Below are positions 9,401 to 17,803 of a stretch of DNA of 64,000 nucleotides, piece by piece. Location of the stretch: positions 44,623-108,622 of IMG/VR virus record IMGVR_UViG_2934470325_000001, one strand, 5' to 3'. Origin of the DNA: a virus. Lineage: Duplodnaviria; Caudoviricetes. The notes beneath the pieces were generated by a model. The model did not search any database and was not told the origin of the DNA. It worked only from the letters and a program-made list of their open reading frames with translations. A program made the translations under genes and the position numbers. Within the stretch, counting starts at the first letter, position 1, and every line of letters begins with the position of its first letter.

Positions 9401-10725
9401 ATGTAGGCGTCGAGGGCCCGCGCCGTCCCGACGATCGCGCTGTTCTGGTTGTTGACGGCGCTGATGACGTTGCCGATGATCGACGCCAAATCCCCGGTGA
9501 TCGACAGCAGCGCGCTCGCCGACTCGGCACCCGCCGCGAAGAACTCAGCGAGGTCGCCGGTGGAGCGGGCACGAGCGATGCCGGCGGTCATCGAGTCGAT
9601 GGCACCCGCAAGCCGATCGCCGATGACCCGCACCAGCGGATCGGCGGCGACAGCAACCGACGACAGCGCCCGCGCCACCGGCTGGATCCGCACCACCAGT
9701 TGGTCGAAGATCCGATCGGCGGTGGCGGTGACCTGCTGGAATCCGCCGAGGATCATCGGGTCGGTGGCGGCGTCGGTGATCGCCGTCATCGCGAGCGACC
9801 AGTCGTGGGCGAGGATCTGCGCCTGACGGCTCACCGCCGGCAGCGTGTCGGTGGCGAGCCGGTCCAGGTTCCCTGCCGCCGACGCGTACGCCGCATCCTG
9901 GAGTGACTGCTGCAATCCGACCAGTTGCGGCTTGAGCCGGCCAACCTCCTGCACGAGGGCTTTCGCCGACGGGCTGAGCTGGGTAAACGGGTCGTCGACT
10001 TCGAACATGTCGTCGAGGGCGTCACTCAACCCGATGGAGGCCACCTTGACGGTGCCCATTGCGGCAGCGGCCCCACCGAGGATCCCCGGCAGGGTCCCGG
10101 CAGCAGCACCAGCAGCCACGGCAGCCGGGGCAATGTACTGGATTGCGCCACCCGCAGCCGCAGCGGCAGACGTTGTGATCGTCAGCACCGTGCCTGCGCG
10201 CTTACCCAGCTCACTGAGGGCGTTACCGGCTTTGTCGGCGTCGCGGGCTACCTTCTCGACCCCGCCGCCGAACGACACCGTGCCCAGCCGGCCAGCGGCA
10301 GCCTCGTGGGTGCGGGCGGCTTTAGCGAACTGCTCCGCCGACGCAACCCACCGGGCGGTGCCGGCCTCGTACCGCTTAGATGCCCGGTCGTGGCGGCCCG
10401 CCGACTGCTGCGCCGTCTTCGACGCAGCAGCCAGCTTGTCGGCTGCCTCGCCGGCCCGGCCCGCGTGCTGTTCCCACAGCGTCGTCGTCGACGCGAAACG
10501 CTGCGACGAACCTTCGTACATGGTTGCTGCGGCGTCGAACTTTTTGGCGGCGGCGGTGACCTTCCGGCCTGCCGCGTCGAGGTTCTTGCCGACCCCGGCC
10601 GCTTCCCGCTCTAGGCGGGCGAGCTGGTCGGCGAGCCGGTTGGTTGCCCTTGCTGCCTGCGCCGCACCTGAGGTGTAGTCGTGCACCTGCATGCGGAGAC
10701 GCACCGACACAGTCCGGTCGGCCAT
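6496..10725 (-). CDS. Tape measure protein
   Basis: 1409 aa, Ala-rich and helical, N-terminus MADRTVSVRL, hydrophobic central stretches, follows the tail chaperones. Confidence 0.95.
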   Translation of the reverse strand: MADRTVSVRLRMQVHDYTSGAAQAARATNRLADQLARLEREAAGVGKNLDAAGRKVTAAAKKFDAAATMYEGSSQRFASTTTLWEQHAGRAGEAADKLAAASKTAQQSAGRHDRASKRYEAGTARWVASAEQFAKAARTHEAAAGRLGTVSFGGGVEKVARDADKAGNALSELGKRAGTVLTITTSAAAAAGGAIQYIAPAAVAAGAAAGTLPGILGGAAAAMGTVKVASIGLSDALDDMFEVDDPFTQLSPSAKALVQEVGRLKPQLVGLQQSLQDAAYASAAGNLDRLATDTLPAVSRQAQILAHDWSLAMTAITDAATDPMILGGFQQVTATADRIFDQLVVRIQPVARALSSVAVAADPLVRVIGDRLAGAIDSMTAGIARARSTGDLAEFFAAGAESASALLSITGDLASIIGNVISAVNNQNSAIVGTARALDAYMASGQGAEDIAGIVDTLTTAYEGMAEVLGPLAGVARDALADPGTREGLATMFDILATGSAALRVVFDLFNALGDEFQSFVIAALALGAVAKKTSGAVATLGIAAQGAAVKVAAMGPAGTLAAKGMTGFASAANKAVTALIALQLAGAVLDQFVDPIADVDRLTKSVQEFAETGRATGELTRVFGDSLEGLNLSAETAGDKWFPNLGRSIESLLPPAKSLNELIYGDSFTGGKERIQALDSAVAQYAKTTNNTAGVNAAWNRILSASGLDAGELAKIMPQTVGQMERLNGAANSGAGSLAALEARAKTLGEGLQGAVTSGRDLIDVFNELNGAAIGSAEAEIKAEESIDRLSEALKENGRALNKQGTDFDIANEKGRENKQLTLDLIQAGAEAAQKKYEETGSVEQAAGVYDKYIEALRKTLHGAKLTDEQIDALIERYGMMPPAVTTPVTAPGATNAASQVGGVLYQIRQLPNGKVVLIGAKTAQAMADMRAAKAVLNSFRDRHFTITGQVRWTSSGNLKVPGGTQLKRWGGIDRPIPMAAGGTLEAGIYPASNPPLVKFAEPETGGEAYIPRKGDRNRSLSILAEAASWNNARVVPMAAGGVIAGGSMVAAASGLVAYGASASATSTDRGSPLESVEAYIQARDAIQRLNESLKENGRSFSLSTKKGRENYSAVISSVKAAEEAAQAKFRETGSVKAANKEYDAHIAKLRATLKQQKVSASTIDSLMKKLAARPTYDTPGPVGSEKNIAAAQAAISAEGSLASITDLFSLNKPIFDVKDETGRENLTALFRFLKDAQDAAQAVLEQTGDKKKATGVYDSYVAQLRTILSGSGMSKSQIDSLLKQYGKIVLTPNAVGGVYMGSPSGLLSLSEGGLFDSAKTLYGFAEPETGGELFLPRLGSRRRGEDLLSIGAGWYGGRFVRGGQGSGVSTQVTNNLTVNSQGGPPSLSEMSALQRQMDARARVGRKG

Positions 10726-11195
10726 TATCGCCCCTTCCGTCTGCGTCGGGGCGGCTTAGCGACACGCACAACCGTGTGGATCATGTAGGGGGCCTGGTCA
10801 GGGTCGTTCTTCGACCACTTCTCTTCGCTGCGCACCAACGCCTTGCAGCTAAAACACTCGGTGGGGTCCTCGGCCACGTACTGGCTGGTGGCGTCAGGGT
10901 TGTCCGGGTCGTTGTCCGGGTCCGTGCACTCGGCGAGGGGCTGCCCGCACTTGCGACACAACGTGCCCTCGTACAGATCGAGGGCGAGCATCCACGCCCG
11001 CTCCCGGCTATCCCACTCCACCTCGCGGGACGTCACCCACCGAGAAGGACGGCCCTGCTCATCCCACGCCGTGACCTGTGTAGCCTCGCGGGGCTCCCAC
11101 CCGTCCAGCCGTTTCAAGCTGACACCGAGACTCCGGGCGACGCTCAGCTTCCGTCGGAGTTCCGGCGATCCGGCGAGCTGGTCAGCGAGAAAGGG
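10725..11195 (-). CDS. Tail assembly chaperone C-terminal (gpT-like) frame, reached by -1 frameshift
   Basis: Frame is open from the slippery site at 11195 to the stop at 10725 and has no convincing start of its own; contains a CxxC...CxxC motif. Confidence 0.85.
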   Translation of the reverse strand, partial: PFLADQLAGSPELRRKLSVARSLGVSLKRLDGWEPREATQVTAWDEQGRPSRWVTSREVEWDSRERAWMLALDLYEGTLCRKCGQPLAECTDPDNDPDNPDATSQYVAEDPTECFSCKALVRSEEKWSKNDPDQAPYMIHTVVRVAKPPRRRRKGR

Positions 11196-11707
11196 ATGTC
11201 ATCATCCGCCCGGTTGAGGTTCCAGGCGGCCGTGGCCAGCTTGTCGAACTGGGCGTCGGAGATGCGGTCGTACAGCTTGGCCCACCGGTTGCCCGACAGT
11301 TCCGGCGACACGATCGACGCCCTCACCAGTTCCGGGAAGAACGTCGTCGAGTTGACGCCGAGTCCGTCTCGCGGGTCCCGCTTCCCGGTCTGACGGTCGG
11401 TGCGCGGCGAGTGGTCGGCGAACAGCTTCGTCCACTCCGGTCGGGGCAGCGCCCGCAGCGTGAACTCCACCGTGTGCCGGCGCATCTCTTCCGCGAGGCG
11501 GTCCAGTTCCGGCTGGTCCGGGTCCGGGGTGGGGCCCCGCGATGCGAGCCGGTCATCACCGGGAAGCCCGCCAGCCTCGGCCTGCGCGGAGCGCTCGTCG
11601 ATCGCAGTCTTGAGCCGCTCGTACTCGGCGCGCAGCCGTCCGTTGAGGCATAGCGGCACGGTGGTTTCGGCGAGGGTCGCCTGATCGAGGATGCTGTCGA
11701 AATCCAT
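11144..11707 (-). CDS. Tail assembly chaperone (gpG-like)
   Basis: Between the tail tube and tape measure genes; RBS GGGGAG upstream. Confidence 0.9.
   Translation of the reverse strand: MDFDSILDQATLAETTVPLCLNGRLRAEYERLKTAIDERSAQAEAGGLPGDDRLASRGPTPDPDQPELDRLAEEMRRHTVEFTLRALPRPEWTKLFADHSPRTDRQTGKRDPRDGLGVNSTTFFPELVRASIVSPELSGNRWAKLYDRISDAQFDKLATAAWNLNRADDDIPFSLTSSPDRRNSDGS
11189..11195 (-). other. Programmed -1 frameshift heptamer C-CCT-TTC
   Basis: X XXY YYZ pattern in the correct phase (ATC CCT TTC). The -1 frame reads LADQLAGSPELRRKL..KRLDGWEPRE into the next ORF. Confidence 0.85.
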
Positions 11708-11744
11708 GGTTGGTCGCTCCCCAGCGAATCAGTCGGGTGTGGGA

Positions 11745-11777
11745 GCGGGCCGCACCCGACAGTGGGATGCGGCCCGC
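11745..11777 (-). terminator. Hairpin between the tail tube and chaperone genes
   Basis: GCGGGCCGCA-CCC..GGG-A-TGCGGCCCGC inverted repeat. Confidence 0.6.
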
Positions 11778-11800
11778 GAAGAAGAAGGGGCGAGCAGGGG

Positions 11801-12307
11801 TTACGGGCCGGCGACGACCGCCACGTCACGCTGCACCGAGCCGATGATGAAAGGCTTCTGCGTGATCTTGTGAACCGAGTTGCGGGCCGGCGTGTTCTTC
11901 CGCTGGATGCCCATCTCCACCGGGTACACGTCCACCAGGTCCCCGACGGCGATCGCGTCCTCGAAGTCCACCGCCCAGCGCAACACGATGTTGCCCTGGG
12001 TGCCCGGCGCGAGGGCGATACGCGCCTCGTCGTCGTCCGGGGACGCCGGGTTGAAGACGTAGGTCAACTCCATCGTGTCGGTGAAGTCGCCGCGCGCCTC
12101 GAAGATCTGCTTGCTGCACAGGCGCGGGTCGTCGATCGTGTTCTCCGACGTCTCCGTGGTCAGGCCGTCGCCGGTCAGGTAGCAGGACAGGTCGAGGACC
12201 GTGCCCGCGTTCAACTCCGTGACCTTCGGCGCGGCGGTGTTGGCGATGGCCGGCACCCACAGCGCCGTCATCGTCCCATTTGTGTTGACTGCGATGGGCT
12301 GACTCAT
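11801..12307 (-). CDS. Major tail (tube) protein
   Basis: WVPAIANTAAPKVTELNAG..DLSCYLT..DPRLC motif of actinophage tail tubes. Confidence 0.9.
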   Translation of the reverse strand: MSQPIAVNTNGTMTALWVPAIANTAAPKVTELNAGTVLDLSCYLTGDGLTTETSENTIDDPRLCSKQIFEARGDFTDTMELTYVFNPASPDDDEARIALAPGTQGNIVLRWAVDFEDAIAVGDLVDVYPVEMGIQRKNTPARNSVHKITQKPFIIGSVQRDVAVVAGP

Positions 12308-12654
12308 CAGCGCCTACCGCCCTTCGTGCTGGTCGTGGACGTGCTGGGGGCGGTGGTGTCCTCGGTGGCGCTCGCGGTGTCGGTGCCGGTGGGCGTGTCG
12401 CCTCGGCCTTCACCGGCGGTGCCGTCGCCCTTCGGTGCGGCGTCGCTGCCGGCGAGGTCGGTGCGGTACTTCGCCGGTCGGGCGCGGCGGCCCCAGTTGA
12501 GTGGGTAGTCCGGCACGGGGGTCATGCCGTCACGGATCGCGGTCTGCGGCACGTCGTAGCGGTGACCGGTGTCGGCGTCCTCCACCCAGACGAACGGCAC
12601 CTTGCCGGTCGTGTCGCGTGGCGTCCGCCGGCCGCCGAGGCGGTCGTCAGCCAT
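12307..12654 (-). CDS. Hypothetical protein (neck/tail region)
   Basis: ORF coupled to the tail tube gene; Thr-rich C-terminus. Confidence 0.65.
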   Translation of the reverse strand: MADDRLGGRRTPRDTTGKVPFVWVEDADTGHRYDVPQTAIRDGMTPVPDYPLNWGRRARPAKYRTDLAGSDAAPKGDGTAGEGRGDTPTGTDTASATEDTTAPSTSTTSTKGGRR

Positions 12655-12665
12655 TACTGGTCCTC

Positions 12666-13118
12666 TCAGGTCGTGCTTCGGTTAGGTGAGCTGTGCAGGG
12701 TGAAGAAGACCGGCGCGAAGTAGATGCGCCTGCCATCCGGGCTCTTGACGTTCGGATCGACGGAGGGCGGGCCGGGGATGCCGGGCTCCTGCTCGATGTC
12801 GCCGCAGCGCCGGCCGGGGATAGTGGGCCGTTTGCGGTGCAGCACCCGCCGGGCGCGGTCGGCAGCACCGAGCACGTCCATGGGGGTCAGGCCGACACAG
12901 GTGATTTGGGTGCGGGTCCACACCTCGCCGCCGTCCCCGGCTATCCGCTCCACCACCGGACTGCCCACCGCACCCCACACCACGTAGTGCGGGAAGGTGA
13001 GTTCGGCGTCGGGCACGTTGACGTCGCCCTCATGCACCTGAAAGGCGGTACCGGTACGCAGCATCTCCGCGACGGCCTGGGCGTGATCGACGGACGGCTC
13101 AACCGAAGGGGCAGTCAC
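12666..13118 (-). CDS. Tail terminator-like protein
   Basis: Start moved to GTG at 13118; PHYVVW..TQITCVG pattern; synteny. Confidence 0.7.
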   Translation of the reverse strand: MTAPSVEPSVDHAQAVAEMLRTGTAFQVHEGDVNVPDAELTFPHYVVWGAVGSPVVERIAGDGGEVWTRTQITCVGLTPMDVLGAADRARRVLHRKRPTIPGRRCGDIEQEPGIPGPPSVDPNVKSPDGRRIYFAPVFFTLHSSPNRSTT

Positions 13119-13134
13119 CGGCGGCCACCCCCGA

Positions 13135-13500
13135 TCAGTCGAACGGGTCGCCGATCGCCTCACATGCAGCGATGAAGCCCGGGGTGATGGCGTCGAGCGA
13201 TGGGCCAACGAACGGCTGAGGGGCCATACGGGACGTGCCGCGCTCTACGAAATGGCTGTACGAAGCCTCCGGCCCCCACTCGCCTTCCAGGCCGTCACCA
13301 CTGAACTCGTGACTGACAGACGACCGCATGAACCCGGTGTCCACCGCCGCAAGGCTCTTGGCTATCGCCTCACCGGCGAGCGTTGACTTGCGCACCACCT
13401 GGGCACCCTTCGGCCCGATGTGTTTCTCGGCGGTGCGGAGCTGCACTTCGATGGTGGTCAGCTCTGCCCATCCGTCAACGGAGATGGAGGCCACGGTCAC
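13135..13500 (-). CDS. HK97 gp10-family tail completion protein
   Basis: AVDTGFMRSS..YSHFVERGTSRMAPQPFVGP motif. Confidence 0.9.
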   Translation of the reverse strand: MTVASISVDGWAELTTIEVQLRTAEKHIGPKGAQVVRKSTLAGEAIAKSLAAVDTGFMRSSVSHEFSGDGLEGEWGPEASYSHFVERGTSRMAPQPFVGPSLDAITPGFIAACEAIGDPFD

Positions 13501-13928
13501 CCCCGCCGGTTGATCGGCTCCTCAACGTCGCAGCCGACATTCCGCTGCCAACTGAGGCCGGAGCGGGGCACATCCACCACCCGCAGCCGCACACCGAGCA
13601 GAGACGGGTCGCCGTCGCATCCATCGACCACCCACACATCCCGCACATGCGGCACAGGAGTGTCAGCGGGCAGGATCAGCAGGTAGCCGCCGACCGCCAC
13701 AATCCGGTCGGCCTGCACGCCCTGCGCCCCGCTGTTCGCGCGTATCCGCGCCCGACCCGAGTAGATGAGCACCGGATTGGGAAACGTCGTGGTGCCGGTC
13801 CCCGGATCGCGGGTACCCGTCTCGGAGGGGCGCAGCAGACGACCGAACACGGTCATCGCCGCCTCAGACACCGGCCGGTGATGAGACTCGAAGCGTGGAT
13901 GAATCAGGCGGTGGTTGGGCAGCGGCAT
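13497..13928 (-). CDS. Head closure / head-tail adaptor (DUF6093-like)
   Basis: IYSGRARI..DGDPSLLGVRLRV pattern; synteny. Confidence 0.75.
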   Translation of the reverse strand: MPLPNHRLIHPRFESHHRPVSEAAMTVFGRLLRPSETGTRDPGTGTTTFPNPVLIYSGRARIRANSGAQGVQADRIVAVGGYLLILPADTPVPHVRDVWVVDGCDGDPSLLGVRLRVVDVPRSGLSWQRNVGCDVEEPINRRG

Positions 13929-13939
13929 TCCGGCACCCC

Positions 13940-14596
13940 CTACAGGTACGAGTCGCCCCAGCTGACAGGCTCGGGGAACGCGTACAGCGGCAGCAATGCC
14001 TGACCGGGCGCGGTGCCGCCGTCCTGTTCCTCGTCGGCCGCCTGCTCCCGCAGCATCTTCGCCAACGCCCTCAGTTCGGCGGCAACGGCAGCGCCGTTCG
14101 TCGTCAAGTCTTGCGTGCTGATGACCTTGGATATCAACACCTCTGACCCGGCGATGATCTCCAACGCGGCGGCTGCACCCCGCTTGACGCTGCCGCCCTC
14201 TGCCGTGATCAGTGCGGCAAGCTGGGCGTCCTCGAAAAGCGGGGCTGCCTCGTCGAGGTCGGAGATTCGCAGTCGCACCATGCCAACAGGGGTGGCCGGG
14301 TCAACGGCGATGGGCGGGAGGCCAACCAAGTCGCGGGCGGCCACGAACTTGCCTTGCACCGCATCTTCGGCGGTGCCGGTCGCGGTGAGGCTGTACGTGT
14401 GGGTGCCGGCGGCTGCAACCTGGTAGACGGCCCGGTAGGTGCTGCCGTCAGCGGTGACCGTCATGGCAGCGGTCGTGCCGTCGGGGCGGGTCACGTCGCC
14501 CGCCACGGTCGCGCCCGTCACCGGGTCGCCGTCGACACCGCGCAGTGCCCATTCGGCGACGAACTGCTGCCCCTGCCAGTAGACGCGTGCGCTCAC
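13940..14596 (-). CDS. Head-to-tail connector with an extra N-terminal Ig-like domain
   Basis: C-terminal half (DPATPVGMVRLRISD..LFEDAQL) is connector-like; N-terminal ~90 aa are beta-rich. Confidence 0.75.
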   Translation of the reverse strand: MSARVYWQGQQFVAEWALRGVDGDPVTGATVAGDVTRPDGTTAAMTVTADGSTYRAVYQVAAAGTHTYSLTATGTAEDAVQGKFVAARDLVGLPPIAVDPATPVGMVRLRISDLDEAAPLFEDAQLAALITAEGGSVKRGAAAALEIIAGSEVLISKVISTQDLTTNGAAVAAELRALAKMLREQAADEEQDGGTAPGQALLPLYAFPEPVSWGDSYL

Positions 14597-15927
14597 AGCA
14601 GGGTCACCTCCGACCGTTGAGGCGTGGAGACTGTGCTGCCAGCGGGGATACGAACCTCACCCCGGGCGGGCGGTGGGAGCGCGACGTCTGCAACCGACCA
14701 TCCGGTGCTGGTAGCCCCGTCCACCGTGGCTGCTGTTGACCAGACTGCGGTCAGGGATCCGCCTGCGGGTGCGGTGACCGACCAGCCGGTGGTGATCACA
14801 CCCGACGTGAGGGCGGCAACATCCCACACGGTGGCGCTGCTACCAGTGGCCGTTGACCGCACCGACCAGGAGGTGCCCGCGTTGCCGCTGGCTGTGGCCG
14901 AGGTATCCCAGCCGGTGGAGACGCTGCCTGCCGCCGCAGCTAAAGCCGACCACGCGGTGCTGACGCTGCCGCCCGTCGGACTGGCCGTCGCCCAGCCTGT
15001 TGCCGTGCTGCCTGACACCTGCGCGGCCACATCCCACGAGGTGTTGACCGCGCCGCCGGCCGCAGCGTCAACCGCCCAGTCGGTGGCGACCGCACCCGAC
15101 GCGGTGGATGCCACAGACCAGCCGGCTGCTGTCGACCCGGACGCCGTTGACGTGACCGACCATGCCGTGGCCGCCGCGCCGGACAGCGGGGAAGCCACCG
15201 ACCACGTTGTACTTGCGCCACCCGTGACCGGAGCCGACACCGACCATGCGGTTCCAACCGTCCCCGACACCGGCGTGGTAGTCGCAGTCGGGGCAACCTC
15301 CACCAGCAGACCGATCATGGAGCTGCTGACATCGGAGGTGACAGTCTCCCCGCCGTAACTGCCCGTCGACCCGACCAGTACGTACCCGGCTGCCGCACGC
15401 ACGTTCGCGTTCGTCGTCGCCCGAGACGTGCTGTGGTCGACGACCTCCGTGTAGGAGCCGTCGAGGTTGATGTTGGTGGGGATGGTGCCGGACCCGACGC
15501 GGCTGTGCGCGTCCACCAGCAGCGCCGCCCCGGCCGTCACCCCTGTCAAGGTGGGCAGGGTGACCGTCGTGCCGGTCGCGTTGGCGGCGGCGGCCTGCGC
15601 GATGCTGTCCGCCCCGCGCACCACCAGCAGTTCCCAACCGCCCGTCACGCTGCCGGAGTTCGTGATTGTCGGCGCGGTGTCCCCGGATTGCAGAACCCGA
15701 TGCCAGGCGTACACCCGGGATGCGGACCCATCCGCGTACGGCCACGTCACCCCGGGCAGCAACGTCCACCCGGCAGGCGTCGACATGGTGAGGGATCCGC
15801 CGGACACGTGCCCGACGAGTAGGCCGATGTCGCCGGCCGCCCATCCGACAGGAAAGGTGGTGACAAAGCTGGTCGCGGTCGCCGAGCCAGGGTTGCCGGA
15901 GGCGACACCCACGTAGGAGACCGCCAC
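14593..15927 (-). CDS. Putative virion fibre with a 14-aa Trp-periodic repeat stalk
   Basis: N-terminal beta domain (TPAGWTLL) followed by 14 tandem 14-aa repeats. Confidence 0.75.
   Translation of the reverse strand: MAVSYVGVASGNPGSATATSFVTTFPVGWAAGDIGLLVGHVSGGSLTMSTPAGWTLLPGVTWPYADGSASRVYAWHRVLQSGDTAPTITNSGSVTGGWELLVVRGADSIAQAAAANATGTTVTLPTLTGVTAGAALLVDAHSRVGSGTIPTNINLDGSYTEVVDHSTSRATTNANVRAAAGYVLVGSTGSYGGETVTSDVSSSMIGLLVEVAPTATTTPVSGTVGTAWSVSAPVTGGASTTWSVASPLSGAAATAWSVTSTASGSTAAGWSVASTASGAVATDWAVDAAAGGAVNTSWDVAAQVSGSTATGWATASPTGGSVSTAWSALAAAAGSVSTGWDTSATASGNAGTSWSVRSTATGSSATVWDVAALTSGVITTGWSVTAPAGGSLTAVWSTAATVDGATSTGWSVADVALPPPARGEVRIPAGSTVSTPQRSEVTLL
14680..15267 (-). repeat. 14 x 42-bp degenerate coding repeat (consensus SGSVxTxWSVAAxA)
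   Basis: Trp every 14 residues, from SGTVGTAWSVSAPV to DGATSTGWSVADVA. Confidence 0.95.
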
Positions 15928-15943
15928 TGCGACCTCCTGCCCG

Positions 15944-16870
15944 TCAGCGCATCAGGTCGACGAACGCAGCCCGCTCGCGGTCCCGCACGTACGTCCGCCC
16001 GTCGGGGTAGGTCAGGGTCGCGTCGAGGTGGCAGTTGCCCCGGTAAAACCACGCGACGTACGGCACATCACCCTGCGCCCGCAGGTACGCCATGTTGTCC
16101 CGCATCGCCTGCGCGCAGACCGCCCCGTCAGGGTCGTAAGCAGCGCCGGACTTGAGCGCCGGTTTCCGCTGAATACCCCACTCGGGAACCACTAGCGGCT
16201 TGCTGACCTGGCGGGCCACAGACAGGGCGAAGTCGTTCCGCTCGACCGGGCTGCGATACCGCTCGTATCCGGTGTCGTAGATGTCGAACCCGACGGCGTC
16301 CACCCCAGCGAGCGCTGCCACCTGCCCGAAGTCCTGCCACCATGCGTTGTTGCGGCGCGCGGCGTACTCGGTGAACACGGGCACCAACCACACCTCACGC
16401 CGTCGCGGATGGTCAGCGAGCGCTTCGATCAGCTCCTTCCATCCCTGCCGGTACTCGGCGGGGGTTGGGTCGCCAGATTCCTGCTGCTCAGGCTCGTGGT
16501 CAAGGGTCAGCAGGTCCACCACGCCGCGTCGTACCACCGGCCGCGTCGACAACCAGTCCCGGATCAGCGCCGGGGAGGTGGCGCGAGACCAGTCCTTGAA
16601 CGAGTAGTGCAGCACCGTGTCCGCTGGCACCTGGGCGAGCATCCCCGACGACCACGGCGCGACGCCCTTTCCCGGTGCACTGTAGAGCCGCATCAGTCGG
16701 GGTTGCGGGTAGCGGGCCGCCATGCGCTGAATGTCTGTCACAGTGCTGTCCGGCGGGCACCAGCCGAGCAGGGTCGGCCGGTCCTGCACGGTAACCGTCG
16801 TCGCCGTGACGGTCGTGTGGCCGGCGGCGTCACGTACCCGCCCGGTCAACACGACCGTGCGGGCAGCCAT
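15944..16870 (-). CDS. Glycoside hydrolase, clan GH-A (GH26-like), probably virion-associated
   Basis: Start at ATG 16870 (TGATG overlap). HEPE acid/base, GFDIY and VPEWG nucleophile motifs; no signal peptide. Confidence 0.8.
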   Translation of the reverse strand: MAARTVVLTGRVRDAAGHTTVTATTVTVQDRPTLLGWCPPDSTVTDIQRMAARYPQPRLMRLYSAPGKGVAPWSSGMLAQVPADTVLHYSFKDWSRATSPALIRDWLSTRPVVRRGVVDLLTLDHEPEQQESGDPTPAEYRQGWKELIEALADHPRRREVWLVPVFTEYAARRNNAWWQDFGQVAALAGVDAVGFDIYDTGYERYRSPVERNDFALSVARQVSKPLVVPEWGIQRKPALKSGAAYDPDGAVCAQAMRDNMAYLRAQGDVPYVAWFYRGNCHLDATLTYPDGRTYVRDRERAAFVDLMR

Positions 16871-17142
16871 CAGGCGACCGAGACTGTGAACCGGCCGGGG
16901 GCCGACGGGTCCGCGACGATCGTCACGCCCGGGTCGTTTGCGGTCAGCTCGTAGGTGAGCGGATCCCCGACCGTGACCGTGGTCGTAGCGGATGCGGTGA
17001 CACCGTTGGCGTCGGTGACACTGCCGGACAGGGTGATGGTGCGGGCGTCCGGGTCGAACGCGTCGATCCACACCTGCACGGCCTGTCCGGGCTGCACCGT
17101 GTCCAGGGAAGCAGAGATGGAGCGGATGATCGGGGCGGCCAT
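16870..17142 (-). CDS. Small Ig-like structural protein
   Basis: Start at ATG 17142; 90 aa with alternating beta-strand pattern. Confidence 0.75.
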   Translation of the reverse strand: MAAPIIRSISASLDTVQPGQAVQVWIDAFDPDARTITLSGSVTDANGVTASATTTVTVGDPLTYELTANDPGVTIVADPSAPGRFTVSVA

Positions 17143-17162
17143 GCGGGTTCCTATCTGAATCA

Positions 17163-17699
17163 TCAGAGGGTGTCGCCGAGCCACGCGAACGTCGCGCCGT
17201 CGGCGGCGAGAGCGGCGGTGTTGGCGGCGGTGCGCCGCACCCAGAACGCCTTCACCTGTCCGGGGCCGATGTCGCCGAGACTGAGCGCGGCCCCGCTCGT
17301 GGTCGGGGTGGAGAACGTGACCCCAGCGGGGGCGGTCGTGTCGTTGGCGATCTGCACCGCCTGAGCCGACGACGACCCGACAGCGGACGCGGCGGTCGGA
17401 TCCACGCCGATCGCCACCGACGCACCACCCGACACCTCGGCGGAGATGTACACCTTCGCTGACTGGAGCGTCAGGCTGCCATGAGTGTTGTGCACGAACA
17501 CGCAGGCGTAGTCGACCTGCGATACAGCGTTCTCCGCACCCGTGATGTTGGGGAACAACCCGTTGGTGCTGCCGTCGGCGACGACGGTCATCGACACGTA
17601 CTTACCGAGCGACGCCCCCACAACCCCGGCGGTGGTGTTACCCGCAGAACCCGAGACGACGGACAGTTTGAACACAATGTCGGACGCGACGATCGCCAC
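17163..17699 (-). CDS. Virion structural protein (beta-rich, candidate collar/decoration)
   Basis: Strong RBS AGGAGG; LFPNITGAEN..DYACVFVHN..LSLGDIGPGQVKAFWVRR pattern. Confidence 0.75.
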   Translation of the reverse strand: MAIVASDIVFKLSVVSGSAGNTTAGVVGASLGKYVSMTVVADGSTNGLFPNITGAENAVSQVDYACVFVHNTHGSLTLQSAKVYISAEVSGGASVAIGVDPTAASAVGSSSAQAVQIANDTTAPAGVTFSTPTTSGAALSLGDIGPGQVKAFWVRRTAANTAALAADGATFAWLGDTL

Positions 17700-17759
17700 G
17701 ACACACCTCCTACGGGCGGGTTGCGATCACGAGAACCTGCGCTGCGTGTGACTGCTGGA

Positions 17760-17795
17760 CACCCCGGCCGCCCGGGGAGATGGGCGGCCGGGGTG
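17760..17795 (-). terminator. Perfect 14-bp stem hairpin after the capsid genes
   Basis: CACCCCGGCCGCCC-N8-GGGCGGCCGGGGTG. Confidence 0.75.
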
Positions 17796-17803
17796 AACGG
17801 GGG

